Below are positions 45,253 to 54,745 of a DNA stretch of 64,000 nucleotides, one piece after another. Within the stretch, counting starts at the first letter, position 1. Each line of letters opens with the position of its first letter. The notes below the pieces were generated by a model, which was not told the DNA's origin, did not search any database, and saw nothing but the letters and a program-made list of their open reading frames with translations. Origin of the DNA: Hyphomicrobium sp. (GTDB taxonomy: Bacteria; Pseudomonadota; Alphaproteobacteria; Rhizobiales; Hyphomicrobiaceae); the NCBI RefSeq assembly GCF_019744875.1, contig NZ_JAIETU010000011.1, forward strand, positions 10,723 to 74,722, in the 5' to 3' direction. The position numbers and the translations under genes are program-made.

Positions 45253-47504
45253 TAGAACTTCTGGCTGGCGCCAATGCCGACCACACGGCCGTGCCCGACT
45301 GCCATGCTATGAATGTTCGGCGTGTACGTTGCGCCGAAATACTGCGCATGCTCGTCGAGCATGTTGTTGCCAAACCCGTAGATCTTCAGGTCCTGGTGCT
45401 CCCACTCGATCCGCAGGTTGACAATGCTGTACGGGTCCAGGTCGAACGTGTTGCGGATGTCTGCGGCGCGCGCGCCGACATACTGGTATTCGGCCTGGGT
45501 CAGGACGCTGCCGGGAATTCCCAGCTCGTGGCCGGGAATGCGATACTGCGCGGATACGTTCGCCGTCATATCGGCCGACAAGGGAACGCGGTTGCCGTTG
45601 GCGGCGCCGGTCATGCTGCCGGGCTTTACCCCCACCATTTCGGATTCAGTGACACCCAATCCCGCGGTGACGGTCAGCCGCTCAGTCAGACGGGCGGCGC
45701 CTTCGACTTCGAAGCCGTAAGAATTGTAGTCCTGGTTGGCGAATATGTAGACCGGCACGCCGCCGCTAATGATGTAGTCGTAGAGCTGACCATCGGCGAT
45801 GTCGTTGAAGAAGGCGCTCACGTTCAAATCGGCGCGGCGGTTGAACCAGGAGGTCTTGGCGCCGACTTCGTAGGTCCATCCCGTCGATGCGCCGAACGGA
45901 ACGGAGGGGTTGCCGAGGGCCGAGTTGATCGCCGTTTTCTCGAAGCCGCCGGAGGCGTAGCCGCGGGCGATCGAGGCATAGGTCATGACGGTGGAGGTCC
46001 AATCGTAGGAGGCGGCCGCGCGCCCGGTGAGGTAGGTATCCGACACGCTCTGCCGCTGGCTGAAGGTCGGGACCGTGCCGGGAAATCCGTTCGACACATA
46101 GAGCGACGACAGCTCTTGATCGTCGTGGGACAGGCGAAGTCCGCCGGAAATCTTCAGCCTCTCCGTCAGCGGCACTGTCGTGTCACCGAAAACCGACCAT
46201 GTCTGCGCGGTGATGGCGATGTCGTTGGTGCCGTTCTGGTAGGGGCTCAGCGAGCTTTTCTGGACCCGCTGCTGATCGTACTCGGAGCGGAAGTAGTTCG
46301 CGCCGATCACCCATGAGATGGGGCTCGCATCTGTGGAACTCAGGCGAAATTCCTGATTGTAGATCTTCTCTGTTTCGTCGATGTCCGTCCAATCCGTGGA
46401 GGGATCGGCGAAGTAGGCCGGCGGCAGTCCTGTGTATGCCGAGAAGAGGAACGAGTCCGTGCCGTCGTAGTAGCCGGCGAGGTCGAGGTTCTGGAAATTC
46501 GATACGGACGTGAAGACGACGCCATCGAAGCGGCGCTGGATATCGGCGGTGAACTCGGAGCGCTCGCGGTCGTTCATTGGAATGATATCGGCGCCGCTCA
46601 CGGGATAGCCCGGCTGCTCCAGCAGAAGGGTGTAGGAGTTGTGGCGCTTGTCGCGATCATGGCCGGCCATGAGGTTGATCGTGAGATCGGGTGACGGTGT
46701 GAAGCGGAGCGTGCCACGCCCTGCTGCCAACTCGGCACCCCCTTCGTGGCCCCCGGCGATGCGATTTGGAATGTCGCCGTCCAGGTCTTGGAAGCGCAGT
46801 GCTGCGCGTCCTGCCACAAGGCCGGGCGCGAGCCAGCCGCCTGCGACGACCTCGGCCAGCTTGTGTCCGCTGCTTCCGAGTTCGCCGGTGACCTTGAACT
46901 CCCGCTCGCCGTCTGCGCCCCTGGTGATGACGTTGACGGCGCCACCGAGGGCGTTGCGGCCGAACAGTGTGCCCTGTGGTCCGCGCAGCACCTCGACACG
47001 CTCGACGTCGAGCAATGACGGCGGATAGCCGAACGCGGTTGTCGGGACGCCGTTGGTCGCGAAGCCGACCGTGTTGTCGAGAGAGTTCAGCGGATTTCCC
47101 AAAGGACCGACGCCGCGCATGTTCACGAAGTCGAGACCCGGCTGGCCGAAGCCTGCAAACACGAAGTTGGGCGAGGCGCGGGTGATCTCGGCTCCGGGAT
47201 CGCTGCTGTAGAAGTTGGGAACGTCGCTCATGCCGCCGGACGGGGCGCCTGTGCCGCCGTTGCCGGCCGTGTCGGGTGCTCCCTCGATGACGGTGATGCC
47301 GATCGGTACGTTGCGGGCCTGCTCGACGCGCTTCGTCGAGGAGATCTTGCCGGGCTTGCCGGTGGCTTCGACCGTCAACGGCGCGAGTTCGACCGTCTCG
47401 CCGGCCGGTTGAGGGTCTTGTGGCGCCGCGTCTTGCGCCAGCGCCGAGCTGGCCAGTCCCAATGCCATGGCGGCCACGCCGCACAATCTATCGACGCGCA
47501 TCAA
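45252..47504 (-). CDS. TonB-dependent siderophore receptor
   Basis: Signal peptide, plug (ITVIEG…VEVLRGPQGTLFGRNA), barrel, C-terminal VGIGASQKF. Confidence 0.9.
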   Translation of the reverse strand: MMRVDRLCGVAAMALGLASSALAQDAAPQDPQPAGETVELAPLTVEATGKPGKISSTKRVEQARNVPIGITVIEGAPDTAGNGGTGAPSGGMSDVPNFYSSDPGAEITRASPNFVFAGFGQPGLDFVNMRGVGPLGNPLNSLDNTVGFATNGVPTTAFGYPPSLLDVERVEVLRGPQGTLFGRNALGGAVNVITRGADGEREFKVTGELGSSGHKLAEVVAGGWLAPGLVAGRAALRFQDLDGDIPNRIAGGHEGGAELAAGRGTLRFTPSPDLTINLMAGHDRDKRHNSYTLLLEQPGYPVSGADIIPMNDRERSEFTADIQRRFDGVVFTSVSNFQNLDLAGYYDGTDSFLFSAYTGLPPAYFADPSTDWTDIDETEKIYNQEFRLSSTDASPISWVIGANYFRSEYDQQRVQKSSLSPYQNGTNDIAITAQTWSVFGDTTVPLTERLKISGGLRLSHDDQELSSLYVSNGFPGTVPTFSQRQSVSDTYLTGRAAASYDWTSTVMTYASIARGYASGGFEKTAINSALGNPSVPFGASTGWTYEVGAKTSWFNRRADLNVSAFFNDIADGQLYDYIISGGVPVYIFANQDYNSYGFEVEGAARLTERLTVTAGLGVTESEMVGVKPGSMTGAANGNRVPLSADMTANVSAQYRIPGHELGIPGSVLTQAEYQYVGARAADIRNTFDLDPYSIVNLRIEWEHQDLKIYGFGNNMLDEHAQYFGATYTPNIHSMAVGHGRVVGIGASQKF

Positions 47505-47585
47505 CGCAAGTCCCCCAATAGTTTACGTTCCCCGTAAACTTTCAGGTAGCACCCGTGCGGGGAGGTGCCTACGGCGGGGGCGTTT

Positions 47586-47634
47586 GCGCGATCAAATTCC
47601 TCGTTTGCGCAATCAAACCTGGTCGCGATCAAAC
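47586..47634. repeat. Three direct repeats GCG(C/-)RATCAAA in the AraC-receptor intergenic region
   Basis: GATCAAA at 47590, AATCAAA at 47611, GATCAAA at 47627. Two weaker GATCAGC copies at 47644 and 47660. Spacing is 16-21 nt. Confidence 0.5.
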
Positions 47635-47645
47635 TTGGCGCGCGA

Positions 47646-48696
47646 TCAGCGTTCGCGGCGATCAGCGCTCGGAGGATGGCCGAAGCGCTTGCGATAGGCT
47701 GTTGCAAAGGCGCCCGCGTTGGCGAAGCCCACTCGGAAACCCGTCTCGGCAATGGAGAGGGCTTCGTTGCGGAGAAGCATCTGGGCAATCTCCAGGCGCC
47801 GGTTGCGCACATAGCCGAAAATGGTGTCGCCGAAGGCCAGACGGAATTGCCGCGAGAGGGTGGTGACGTTTACGCCCAGGAGGCGCGACAGTTCTGCGAG
47901 ACTTGGCGGCGAGACGATATCGCGATCGACGATATTGCGTGCGGCTGCCGCGCGCTCGAACTCGCGGGTTGAAAGTCCGCTCGCTTCGCGTCGGCCGCTG
48001 TCCTCGGCGATGAGGCGGGTTGCCTCCGCGATCATGGCGAGGACGCAGCCCTCCAGAAACAGCTCGCTCATGATGCCGGTGTAGGGATTGTCCAGCGTCC
48101 TCTGGGCGAATTCGCTGAAGGTGGTCGATCGCGGAAAGTGGCGGGCCAGAGTTTCAGAGGCGAGCAAGGCGCGGAGAGGCGCTACGTCATCCGTATCGCC
48201 GTCTGAGACGCGGAGGGACTCCGTGAACGCGGAGGTGATCTTGAAGCCTGCTCCCGCGCTTCGTGTTCCTGCGTCGCAGTAGCCCTTGCAGGACGTGATT
48301 CCCAATGACGAATGGGCAGTGGGGTTGCGTGGCGACCTGGCCGACGCCTGCGATCTCGAGGGGGCGCGCTGGGCCTTCGAACATGATGCCGCACCGCACC
48401 GAGGGATCTTCGTCGACTTCGATGATGCGATCCTCGAGGTACTCGAGATCGTAGGCGGTTACGAACAAGCCCGGCTGGAGTTGGCGCGCGAGCATTTTTC
48501 CGCGCGCGAAGGGGGCGTTGACCAATCTCGGCAGTGCATCGCTCGCTCGCGACTGCTCGCCCAGGAGAGACGCAATCTCTTCGAGCTCAGACTGGCCGAT
48601 CTCGTACGTGCGTTGTGCCGTTGAGAATGCGACTGCGCCCATTTGGTGAGACATCCGAAGTTGATGAGAGCGACACCAGATTGCGGCGGGCTCCAA
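47646..48696 (-). pseudogene. AraC-family regulator split by a frameshift near 48290-48310
   Basis: The N-terminal sensor half is in frame 48187..48696 (…QPGLFVTAYDLEY…CPFVIG). The C-terminal HTH half is in frame 47646..48305 (…LAELSRLLGVNVTTLSRQFRLAFG…). The frames overlap by about 118 nt. Confidence 0.65.
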
Positions 48697-48825
48697 ATCT
48701 AAGCTCAGGTCTGAGTGTATACAACGGGTCCTGCTCCGTTATCTTTACGGTATATGTATAGAATAATGAAGGAGCATTTAGAGCGTTCCCGCTGGGGCGC
48801 CGTGCTGCGGTCGCGGCGATGGACG

Positions 48826-49455
48826 CTAGCCCCAGACGCGTCCGGATCTGGGCGTGTCGAGCTGATAGTCCGTGGCGTGGCGGGTGAAGAAGTCTCGTCC
48901 GAAACGGCGTGCGGATGCGACGGGATCGAGCGGGTCCTTGTAGACGTCGCCGCGGGCGTTTCCGATGCCGTGCACGACGCCGACGAACGTCGAGCGGGTA
49001 TAGCGGGAGAACTCCTGAACCTGACTGACGATGCTGGCAGATACCTGAGGAAAGGTCTCTTCGGAGCTCAGTACGAGGCCGACGCGCTTGCCGAGCATTC
49101 CGCCGGTCACCTCGGCGGAGCGCGGGTGGGATGCGGCATAGTAGCAAAACGTGCGATCGAAAAACGCCTTGAGCTGGGCCGATGCGCCATACCAATAGAT
49201 GGGCGTTGCGGCGATGAAGCCGTCTGCGGGAAGGTAGCGTTCGAAGAAGACGGAGCGGAAGCCGTCATCGATTGCGCATTCTCCATCTGGCTTGCGGCAT
49301 TCGCGGCAGTCTCTCAGGAAGAAGCGGATGAAGTCGTCGACGTATGCGAATTCGACCTCGTGGCCGGACTCTTCGAGGCCCTCGCGGACTGATTGAGCCA
49401 GGATCGACGAATTTCCGTTGCGACGAGGACTCGATGATAGAACGAAGGCCTTCAT
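48826..49455 (-). CDS. Flavodoxin-like fold NAD(P)H-dependent FMN reductase family protein
   Basis: MKAFVLSSSPRRNGNSSILA…ATPIYWYGASAQLKAFFDR. Confidence 0.75.
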   Translation of the reverse strand: MKAFVLSSSPRRNGNSSILAQSVREGLEESGHEVEFAYVDDFIRFFLRDCRECRKPDGECAIDDGFRSVFFERYLPADGFIAATPIYWYGASAQLKAFFDRTFCYYAASHPRSAEVTGGMLGKRVGLVLSSEETFPQVSASIVSQVQEFSRYTRSTFVGVVHGIGNARGDVYKDPLDPVASARRFGRDFFTRHATDYQLDTPRSGRVWG

Positions 49456-49758
49456 GTGTTCCCCTTCAGCAGTTCTAATCCTGACGTATTGAACGCGCGT
49501 GCTCGTGGACTTCCAGTGCGCCGGACCCGGGCGTTCCGCCGCAGAGCTTCGCGACGCAAGGCTGAGCGGATTGGAGCAGCGACAGCGATGTTCTCGCGAA
49601 GTTTGGGCTAGTATTAATTATCCAATTAGTTAAATCATTCATCAGGACCGTCGCGATTGCAAGCCCCAGTTTGAAGTCGAGGCGCCTTGCGGGCTAAGCT
49701 CCCGCAGCGCGCCGCAACACGGCTGTTCAGCACGCATCGCCGAGGCGAAAGAGAGAGA

Positions 49759-50460
49759 ATGTCGAACCGGAAATCGAAGGGCGCAGGGCGCCCGGTTCGC
49801 GTGGAGCCGTCTCCTCGCAAAACGGCCGGGGTGGCGGAGGCGTCAGAGCGAGCGAAGGGCCGGGAAGCCGAGTTCCTGAAGGCGGCGCTCAACCTATTTG
49901 CCGAGAGCAATTTCGCGTCCGTGACGATCAAGGACATCGCCCAGTCGCTCGGCGTCAACACGGCGCTCATCTATTACTACTTCGAGAACAAGACGGACCT
50001 CTTCAGGGCGGTCATCGATTTCGCGCTCGGGAACGCGTTCGCCAACATGCGCGCCATTGAAGCCGGCAGCGAGGACCCGGCCGAGCTCATTTCGGCGTGG
50101 CTCGATCATCACGTGGACCGCTACGCGGAAATCCACCACTTCGTGAAGATCGCGCTCGACTACAAGGGCTCGACGGAGCGGGATCCGGCGGTGGATGCGA
50201 CGATCGCCAACTTCTACGCTAAAGAGCGCGAGCTGCTGGCGCGCTTTGTGCGCCTTGGCATCGATCAGGGGCGGTTCCGGCGCGTGGACCCCGGCCGCAT
50301 GGCCCAGTTCATTTCCACTCATCTCGACGGGTGCATGGTGCGGATGGTCATTCTGCCGGATTTCCCGCTCAAGGCGGAGGTCGGCAATCTGCGTCGCCTG
50401 GTGCTGAGCCACCTCGAGCCTGACGCGGCGCAGAAGCCGGCACCGCGATCACGGCGCTGA
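49759..50460 (+). CDS. TetR/AcrR-family regulator
   Basis: HTH motif FASVTIKDIAQSLGVNTALIYYYFENKTDLF. An AT-rich TAATT-ATCC-AATTA repeat lies in the divergent intergenic region (about 49613-49640). Confidence 0.85.
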   Translation: MSNRKSKGAGRPVRVEPSPRKTAGVAEASERAKGREAEFLKAALNLFAESNFASVTIKDIAQSLGVNTALIYYYFENKTDLFRAVIDFALGNAFANMRAIEAGSEDPAELISAWLDHHVDRYAEIHHFVKIALDYKGSTERDPAVDATIANFYAKERELLARFVRLGIDQGRFRRVDPGRMAQFISTHLDGCMVRMVILPDFPLKAEVGNLRRLVLSHLEPDAAQKPAPRSRR

Positions 50461-50573
50461 CGGTGGCTCTCCGTCGCGCCCGAGCGGGCGAAAGCCGCCG
50501 ACATTTCGCTTTCGCTGCAACCGGCCGGTATGCCAACATTGCAAAGTCCGCGAGGCGCGCTGAGGTTTGATGC

Positions 50574-51131
50574 ATGCTCCAGGCTTGGCTGTCGGTCGGT
50601 TTCATCGTTCTGATCGCGATTTTCATCCTCGCCTACGTGCTGTGGCGGAGGGACAGTCGCGTTCTGGCCGTCGCCGCGCTGGTCGTGGGCGTGCCGCTCT
50701 GGTTTGCGTGGGAGTATGCGCGTCCGACGTGGACGACCGGCGTCGTGACCGGAACCGAAGTGCGCCGCAGTGATCCCGATGCCCGCGGCAACACGAGCGA
50801 CGTGCAATACATCTATATTCGCAACCGGTCCGACCGGGGGCTGGAGCTGACCAACGAAGATTCCTGGTGGTGGCTGAAGCGGAACAGCGAGCGCGTCTTC
50901 AACGACGCCAAGACCGCCGAAATGCGTCAAACCGAGATGACGCTGATGTGGAACCGCTGGCGCTCGACGCTCTTCAGTTGGTATCCGAACGTGATCGCCA
51001 TTGGGCAGGCCGGGTCCTGGCCGTTCTGGTCGTTGCGCGTCATCGGCTTCTACGGCATGTCGATCGCGCTTTGGATCGCGTACTTCTACGCGTTTGTCTG
51101 GCTGAACCGCTCGCGCGCGCCGGATGCGTGA
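50574..51131 (+). CDS. DUF1523-like membrane protein
   Basis: N-terminal TM segments, VQYIYIRN…LTNEDSWWWLKRNSERV, C-terminal TM segments. Family assignment is from memory. Confidence 0.5.
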   Translation: MLQAWLSVGFIVLIAIFILAYVLWRRDSRVLAVAALVVGVPLWFAWEYARPTWTTGVVTGTEVRRSDPDARGNTSDVQYIYIRNRSDRGLELTNEDSWWWLKRNSERVFNDAKTAEMRQTEMTLMWNRWRSTLFSWYPNVIAIGQAGSWPFWSLRVIGFYGMSIALWIAYFYAFVWLNRSRAPDA

Positions 51132-51162
51132 CGGTGCCGGGCTGTGAGGTCCACGCCGAGCG

Positions 51163-51666
51163 CTAAGCGCTTTGCCTGAGGCGATTGTATAGTTTTCCGA
51201 GGATGACGATCGCGACTGTGCCGGCCAGTACCGGGGTCAGCAGGAACGACCATCCTGGATTTATCAGCGCGACGACGATCGGATTGGCCCCTGCCGGGGG
51301 ATGCACGGTATCGCTCAGCATCATGGATGCAATCGCCAAGCCCACGCCGACGGCGATGCCGATGGGGGTTGGCCCAAATGCTCCCACTGCGAGAAGCCCG
51401 GCGGCAGCCGATATGAGGTGGCCGCCAATCACATTGCGAGGGCGCGCGAGGGGGCTTGCGGGAATGCCGAAGACGAGCACGCAGGACGCGCCGAAGGGCG
51501 GAATCAACAAAAGTGCGACATGTGTTTCGTTGGCCACCGCCAGAAGGCCGATGGTGAGCGCGCCACCCAACCCCGACAGCACCGCATTGCGCCAGGGGCG
51601 TGCTCCGATGGCAGCGAGGGTTCGCTTCAGCCAGCCGCTTTCGATCGCCGTATCGACGCTCGCCAT
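51163..51666 (-). CDS. HPP-family membrane protein
   Basis: …IPPFGASCVLVFG…RNVIGGHLISA…DTVHPPAGA (HPP motif). Confidence 0.8.
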   Translation of the reverse strand: MASVDTAIESGWLKRTLAAIGARPWRNAVLSGLGGALTIGLLAVANETHVALLLIPPFGASCVLVFGIPASPLARPRNVIGGHLISAAAGLLAVGAFGPTPIGIAVGVGLAIASMMLSDTVHPPAGANPIVVALINPGWSFLLTPVLAGTVAIVILGKLYNRLRQSA

Positions 51667-51681
51667 GTCATGACCTCTCGG

Positions 51682-51719
51682 AAAAAGGTGCGGGCAGGGA
51701 CCTGTCGATCCCCGCCCGC
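51682..51719 (-). terminator. Intrinsic terminator after the formate dehydrogenase gene
   Basis: Minus strand reads GCGGGCGGGGA-TCGACAGG-TCCCTGCCCGC followed by ACCTTTTTCC. Confidence 0.6.
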
Positions 51720-51726
51720 GAAGGTT

Positions 51727-52926
51727 CTAGCGCTTGAACTTCGCTGCTTCCTCGGAGCCGCCGGTGGCATTGCCGGCGCTGTAGGAGTGGGCGCCTACGC
51801 CCGCGAGGCTGCCGCCCTGGACGACGAGGTACTCGTTGCGGATCGGCTTGCCTGCGAAGTAGCACTCGAGGATCTCGCGCGTGCCAGCCGCATAGCGCGT
51901 CTGGGCCGAGAGCGAGGTACCCGAGATGTGAGGCGTCATGCCGTGATGGGGCATCGAGCGCCACGGATGATCCTGCGGAGCCGGCTGCGGGAACCAGACG
52001 TCGCCGGCATAGCCTGCGAGCTGGCCGCTTTCGAGCGCGCGGGCGATAGCGTCGCGGTCGCAGAGCTTGCCGCGCGCGGTGTTCACGAGGTAGGCGCCGC
52101 GCTTGAAGTTCTTGAGCGACTTCTCGTTGATCATGTGCTCCGTCTCCGGGTGGAGCGGGCAGTTCAGCGTCACGACATCGCAAACCTTCGTCAGGCTTTC
52201 GAGCGTCGTGTGATGCGTGAGGTTCAGCTCCTTTTCAACGGATTCGGGAAGCTTGTGGCGATCCATGTAGTGAAGCTGGACGTCGAACGGCTTCAGGAGG
52301 CGCAGCACGCGCAGGCCGATACGGCCGGCGGCAACCGTGCCGACGTGCATGCCTTCGATGTCGTAGGAGCGCGACACACAGTCGGCAATGTTCCAGCCGC
52401 CCTTGATGACCCAGTTGTAGGACGGGATGTAATTGCGGACGAGCGACAGCATCTGCATGACGACATGCTCGGCGACGCTGTTCGAGTTGCAATACGTCAC
52501 CTCGGCGACCGTGATGCCGCGGTCCATGGCGGCCTGCAGGTCAGTGTGATCCGAGCCGATGCCGGCCGTGAGAATCATCTTGAGCTTCGGCGCCTTGGCG
52601 ATGCGCTCGGCCGTCATGTAGGCCGGCCAGAACGGCTGCGAGATGACGATTTCGGCGTCATGCAGTTCCTGGTCGAGCTTGGAATTGGCGCCGTCCTTGT
52701 CCGACGTCACGACGAGCGTGTGCCCGTTCGATTCGAGGAACTTGCGCAGACCCAGCTCGCCCGAGACGCTGCCGAGAAGCGCGCCAGGCTTGAAGTCGAT
52801 CGCCGACGGGGTCGGCGCGGTCTGGCCGTCCGGATACTTGGTGATCTTCGGAATGTCGTCGCGGGCGTAGGACTTCGGGTAGCCATCAACGGGGTCGTCG
52901 TAGAGCACACAAACGATCTTTGCCAT
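51727..52926 (-). CDS. fdh: NAD-dependent formate dehydrogenase (metal-independent, D-2-hydroxyacid dehydrogenase family)
   Basis: MAKIVCVLYDDPVDGYPKSYARDDIP…TAGIGSDH…GTVAAGRIGLRVLRRL-type Rossmann motif. Close to the Pseudomonas sp. 101-type FDH as I recall it. Confidence 0.9.
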   Translation of the reverse strand: MAKIVCVLYDDPVDGYPKSYARDDIPKITKYPDGQTAPTPSAIDFKPGALLGSVSGELGLRKFLESNGHTLVVTSDKDGANSKLDQELHDAEIVISQPFWPAYMTAERIAKAPKLKMILTAGIGSDHTDLQAAMDRGITVAEVTYCNSNSVAEHVVMQMLSLVRNYIPSYNWVIKGGWNIADCVSRSYDIEGMHVGTVAAGRIGLRVLRLLKPFDVQLHYMDRHKLPESVEKELNLTHHTTLESLTKVCDVVTLNCPLHPETEHMINEKSLKNFKRGAYLVNTARGKLCDRDAIARALESGQLAGYAGDVWFPQPAPQDHPWRSMPHHGMTPHISGTSLSAQTRYAAGTREILECYFAGKPIRNEYLVVQGGSLAGVGAHSYSAGNATGGSEEAAKFKR

Positions 52927-53181
52927 CGTAGTTCTCCTTCATGGAATTTGGCCATGAGGAAGCGCTCCGTCCGGCGTGTGCCGGACGATGTTTCAACTCG
53001 GATGAGGGATGGAGCTTCGCCCGGCGTCAGACGCCGCGGCTCAGGTCTGCAACTCCTCGCGCTTCCTCGTGGCGGCGGGTTTCATTTCTTTTGTGAGTGT
53101 TCCGTCGCAACGCGGCTGTTGTCGGACCTGCGGCATCGTGGGTCAAATTGATGTGCTTGACGATGCAATCGATCCCATCAA

Positions 53182-54102
53182 TCACGCGGTTTCGAGCGTG
53201 ACGCTGCTGAAGGCCAATTCGAGGTTTAGCCTCGATCCGGTGGCCATGAATGCGCGCGCGAGCGGGGGGAGCGGATCGCGGTTCGTTGCGACGATGCCGA
53301 TCGTCTGCGTGTGTACCGGCTCGATGAGATCGATGAGTGCGATGTCCTCGCAACCTGCGAATATGTAAGCGAAGCTGTGGGGAATGATGCTGGACCAGCG
53401 TCCGCTGCAGACGTGGGAGCACACGGCGAGGAACGAGTTCGTCGTGACGGTCGGCTCAAGCTCGAGCCCTAGTGAGCGCGCCAGATTGTTCAAGACCCGG
53501 CGATTCTGCATGCTCTCGTTCAACAGGCACAGATTGCTGCGTACGGCCTCGCGCCAAGTGATGACGCTCTTGCCGGCGCTGCCCGGCTTGCGGCTGGTCA
53601 CGAACAGATAGCGCTCGCGGTAGAGCGCGGCTTTGCGCACGTGCTGCAACGGCTCGTTCTCGAGATAGGTCACGCCTGCATCGAGTTCGAACTTGTCGAG
53701 CGCGCGCTGGATTTCTGCGGAGGTGGCCGACTGGACGTCGATGGTGACTTGCGGGTGTTTGAGGGTGAATGGGGCCGTGAGTTCCGCGACGGCGGGCATG
53801 GCGGCCGGGATGACGCCGAGCCGCAGCGTGCCCTTGAGGCTGCCGCGGCATCCCTCGACATCCTGTTTCAGGCTCTCGTAGTCATTCAGGATCTTTCCTG
53901 CCCAGGCGACGACGCGCTCGCCCTCGGGTGTCAATCCCATGAACCGGGATGCGCGTACGACGAGGCGCATATCAAGCTCGCGTTCGAGCGCCTTGATGCC
54001 GGACGAGAGTGTGGGCTGCGTGACGTTGCACGCATTCGCGGCGCGACCGAAGTGCTCCTCGCGCGCCAGCGTAACGAGGTAGGTCATCTGCCGGATGAAC
54101 AT
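53182..54102 (-). CDS. LysR-family transcriptional regulator
   Basis: MFIRQMTYLVTLAREEHFGRAANACNVTQPTLSSGIKALE. Confidence 0.9.
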   Translation of the reverse strand: MFIRQMTYLVTLAREEHFGRAANACNVTQPTLSSGIKALERELDMRLVVRASRFMGLTPEGERVVAWAGKILNDYESLKQDVEGCRGSLKGTLRLGVIPAAMPAVAELTAPFTLKHPQVTIDVQSATSAEIQRALDKFELDAGVTYLENEPLQHVRKAALYRERYLFVTSRKPGSAGKSVITWREAVRSNLCLLNESMQNRRVLNNLARSLGLELEPTVTTNSFLAVCSHVCSGRWSSIIPHSFAYIFAGCEDIALIDLIEPVHTQTIGIVATNRDPLPPLARAFMATGSRLNLELAFSSVTLETA

Positions 54103-54159
54103 GGAAACCTCTAGCTAGGAACGACTGGGGTTCTAAACTATACTAATTTCGTAAAGAAA

Positions 54160-54540
54160 CTAGTGGGTGAGCATCGCGGCCGGACCGACGTCGATCTCGG
54201 ACAGCGAGTGCGCCAGTTGGAGTGCATTGTTCCGCGGCATGGAAAAGCTCACGCCGAAGCCGTCTTTGGTTCGCAGCGTCACGATCAGCGAGGCGGGGTC
54301 GGTGGCCTGCTCGATCGACCAGGCTCCCATCGGAAATGCGTAGCGGAACGACGCATCGCGCAACTGCCGCCGCAATGCCGCTTCGATCAGGCTTGGCAGC
54401 GTGATCGCCAGGTTGCCCAGATCCGGGATGCGAAACTTCAGCGAAGTTGCTGTGCCGGCCTCGTCCTCGAGGCTGAGCGTGACCGTCTCGCCATCATCGC
54501 TGATGTTATAGGTCGTCATCTCTTTGACATTGATGGTCAC
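54160..54540 (-). CDS. Hypothetical protein, 126 aa
   Basis: GTG start with GAGG 7 nt upstream. High GC3. No recognised family. Confidence 0.5.
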   Translation of the reverse strand: MTINVKEMTTYNISDDGETVTLSLEDEAGTATSLKFRIPDLGNLAITLPSLIEAALRRQLRDASFRYAFPMGAWSIEQATDPASLIVTLRTKDGFGVSFSMPRNNALQLAHSLSEIDVGPAAMLTH

Positions 54541-54553
54541 GGGCGAACCTCGA

Positions 54554-54577
54554 CGCTATATCCTGTCGGATATAGCG
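54554..54577. promoter_or_regulatory. Perfect 24-bp palindrome CGCTATATCC-TGTC-GGATATAGCG (copy 2 of 4)
   Basis: Perfect 10+4+10 inverted repeat, 14 nt upstream of the GTG at 54540. Confidence 0.6.
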
Positions 54578-54745
54578 ATAAAGTGCACCGGCCGCGTGCG
54601 CAAGATCGCACATTGGGCTGGAAAAACCGTCAATTGATCGAAGGGCGCAATCGATTGGGGCGCCGGGGGCGTCGTGAGTCGGAGCGCGTCGTGGGAGGCC
54701 CGATGTCGTGCTCGGGCCTCCCATTCCGTACAGGCGATGTCACGC

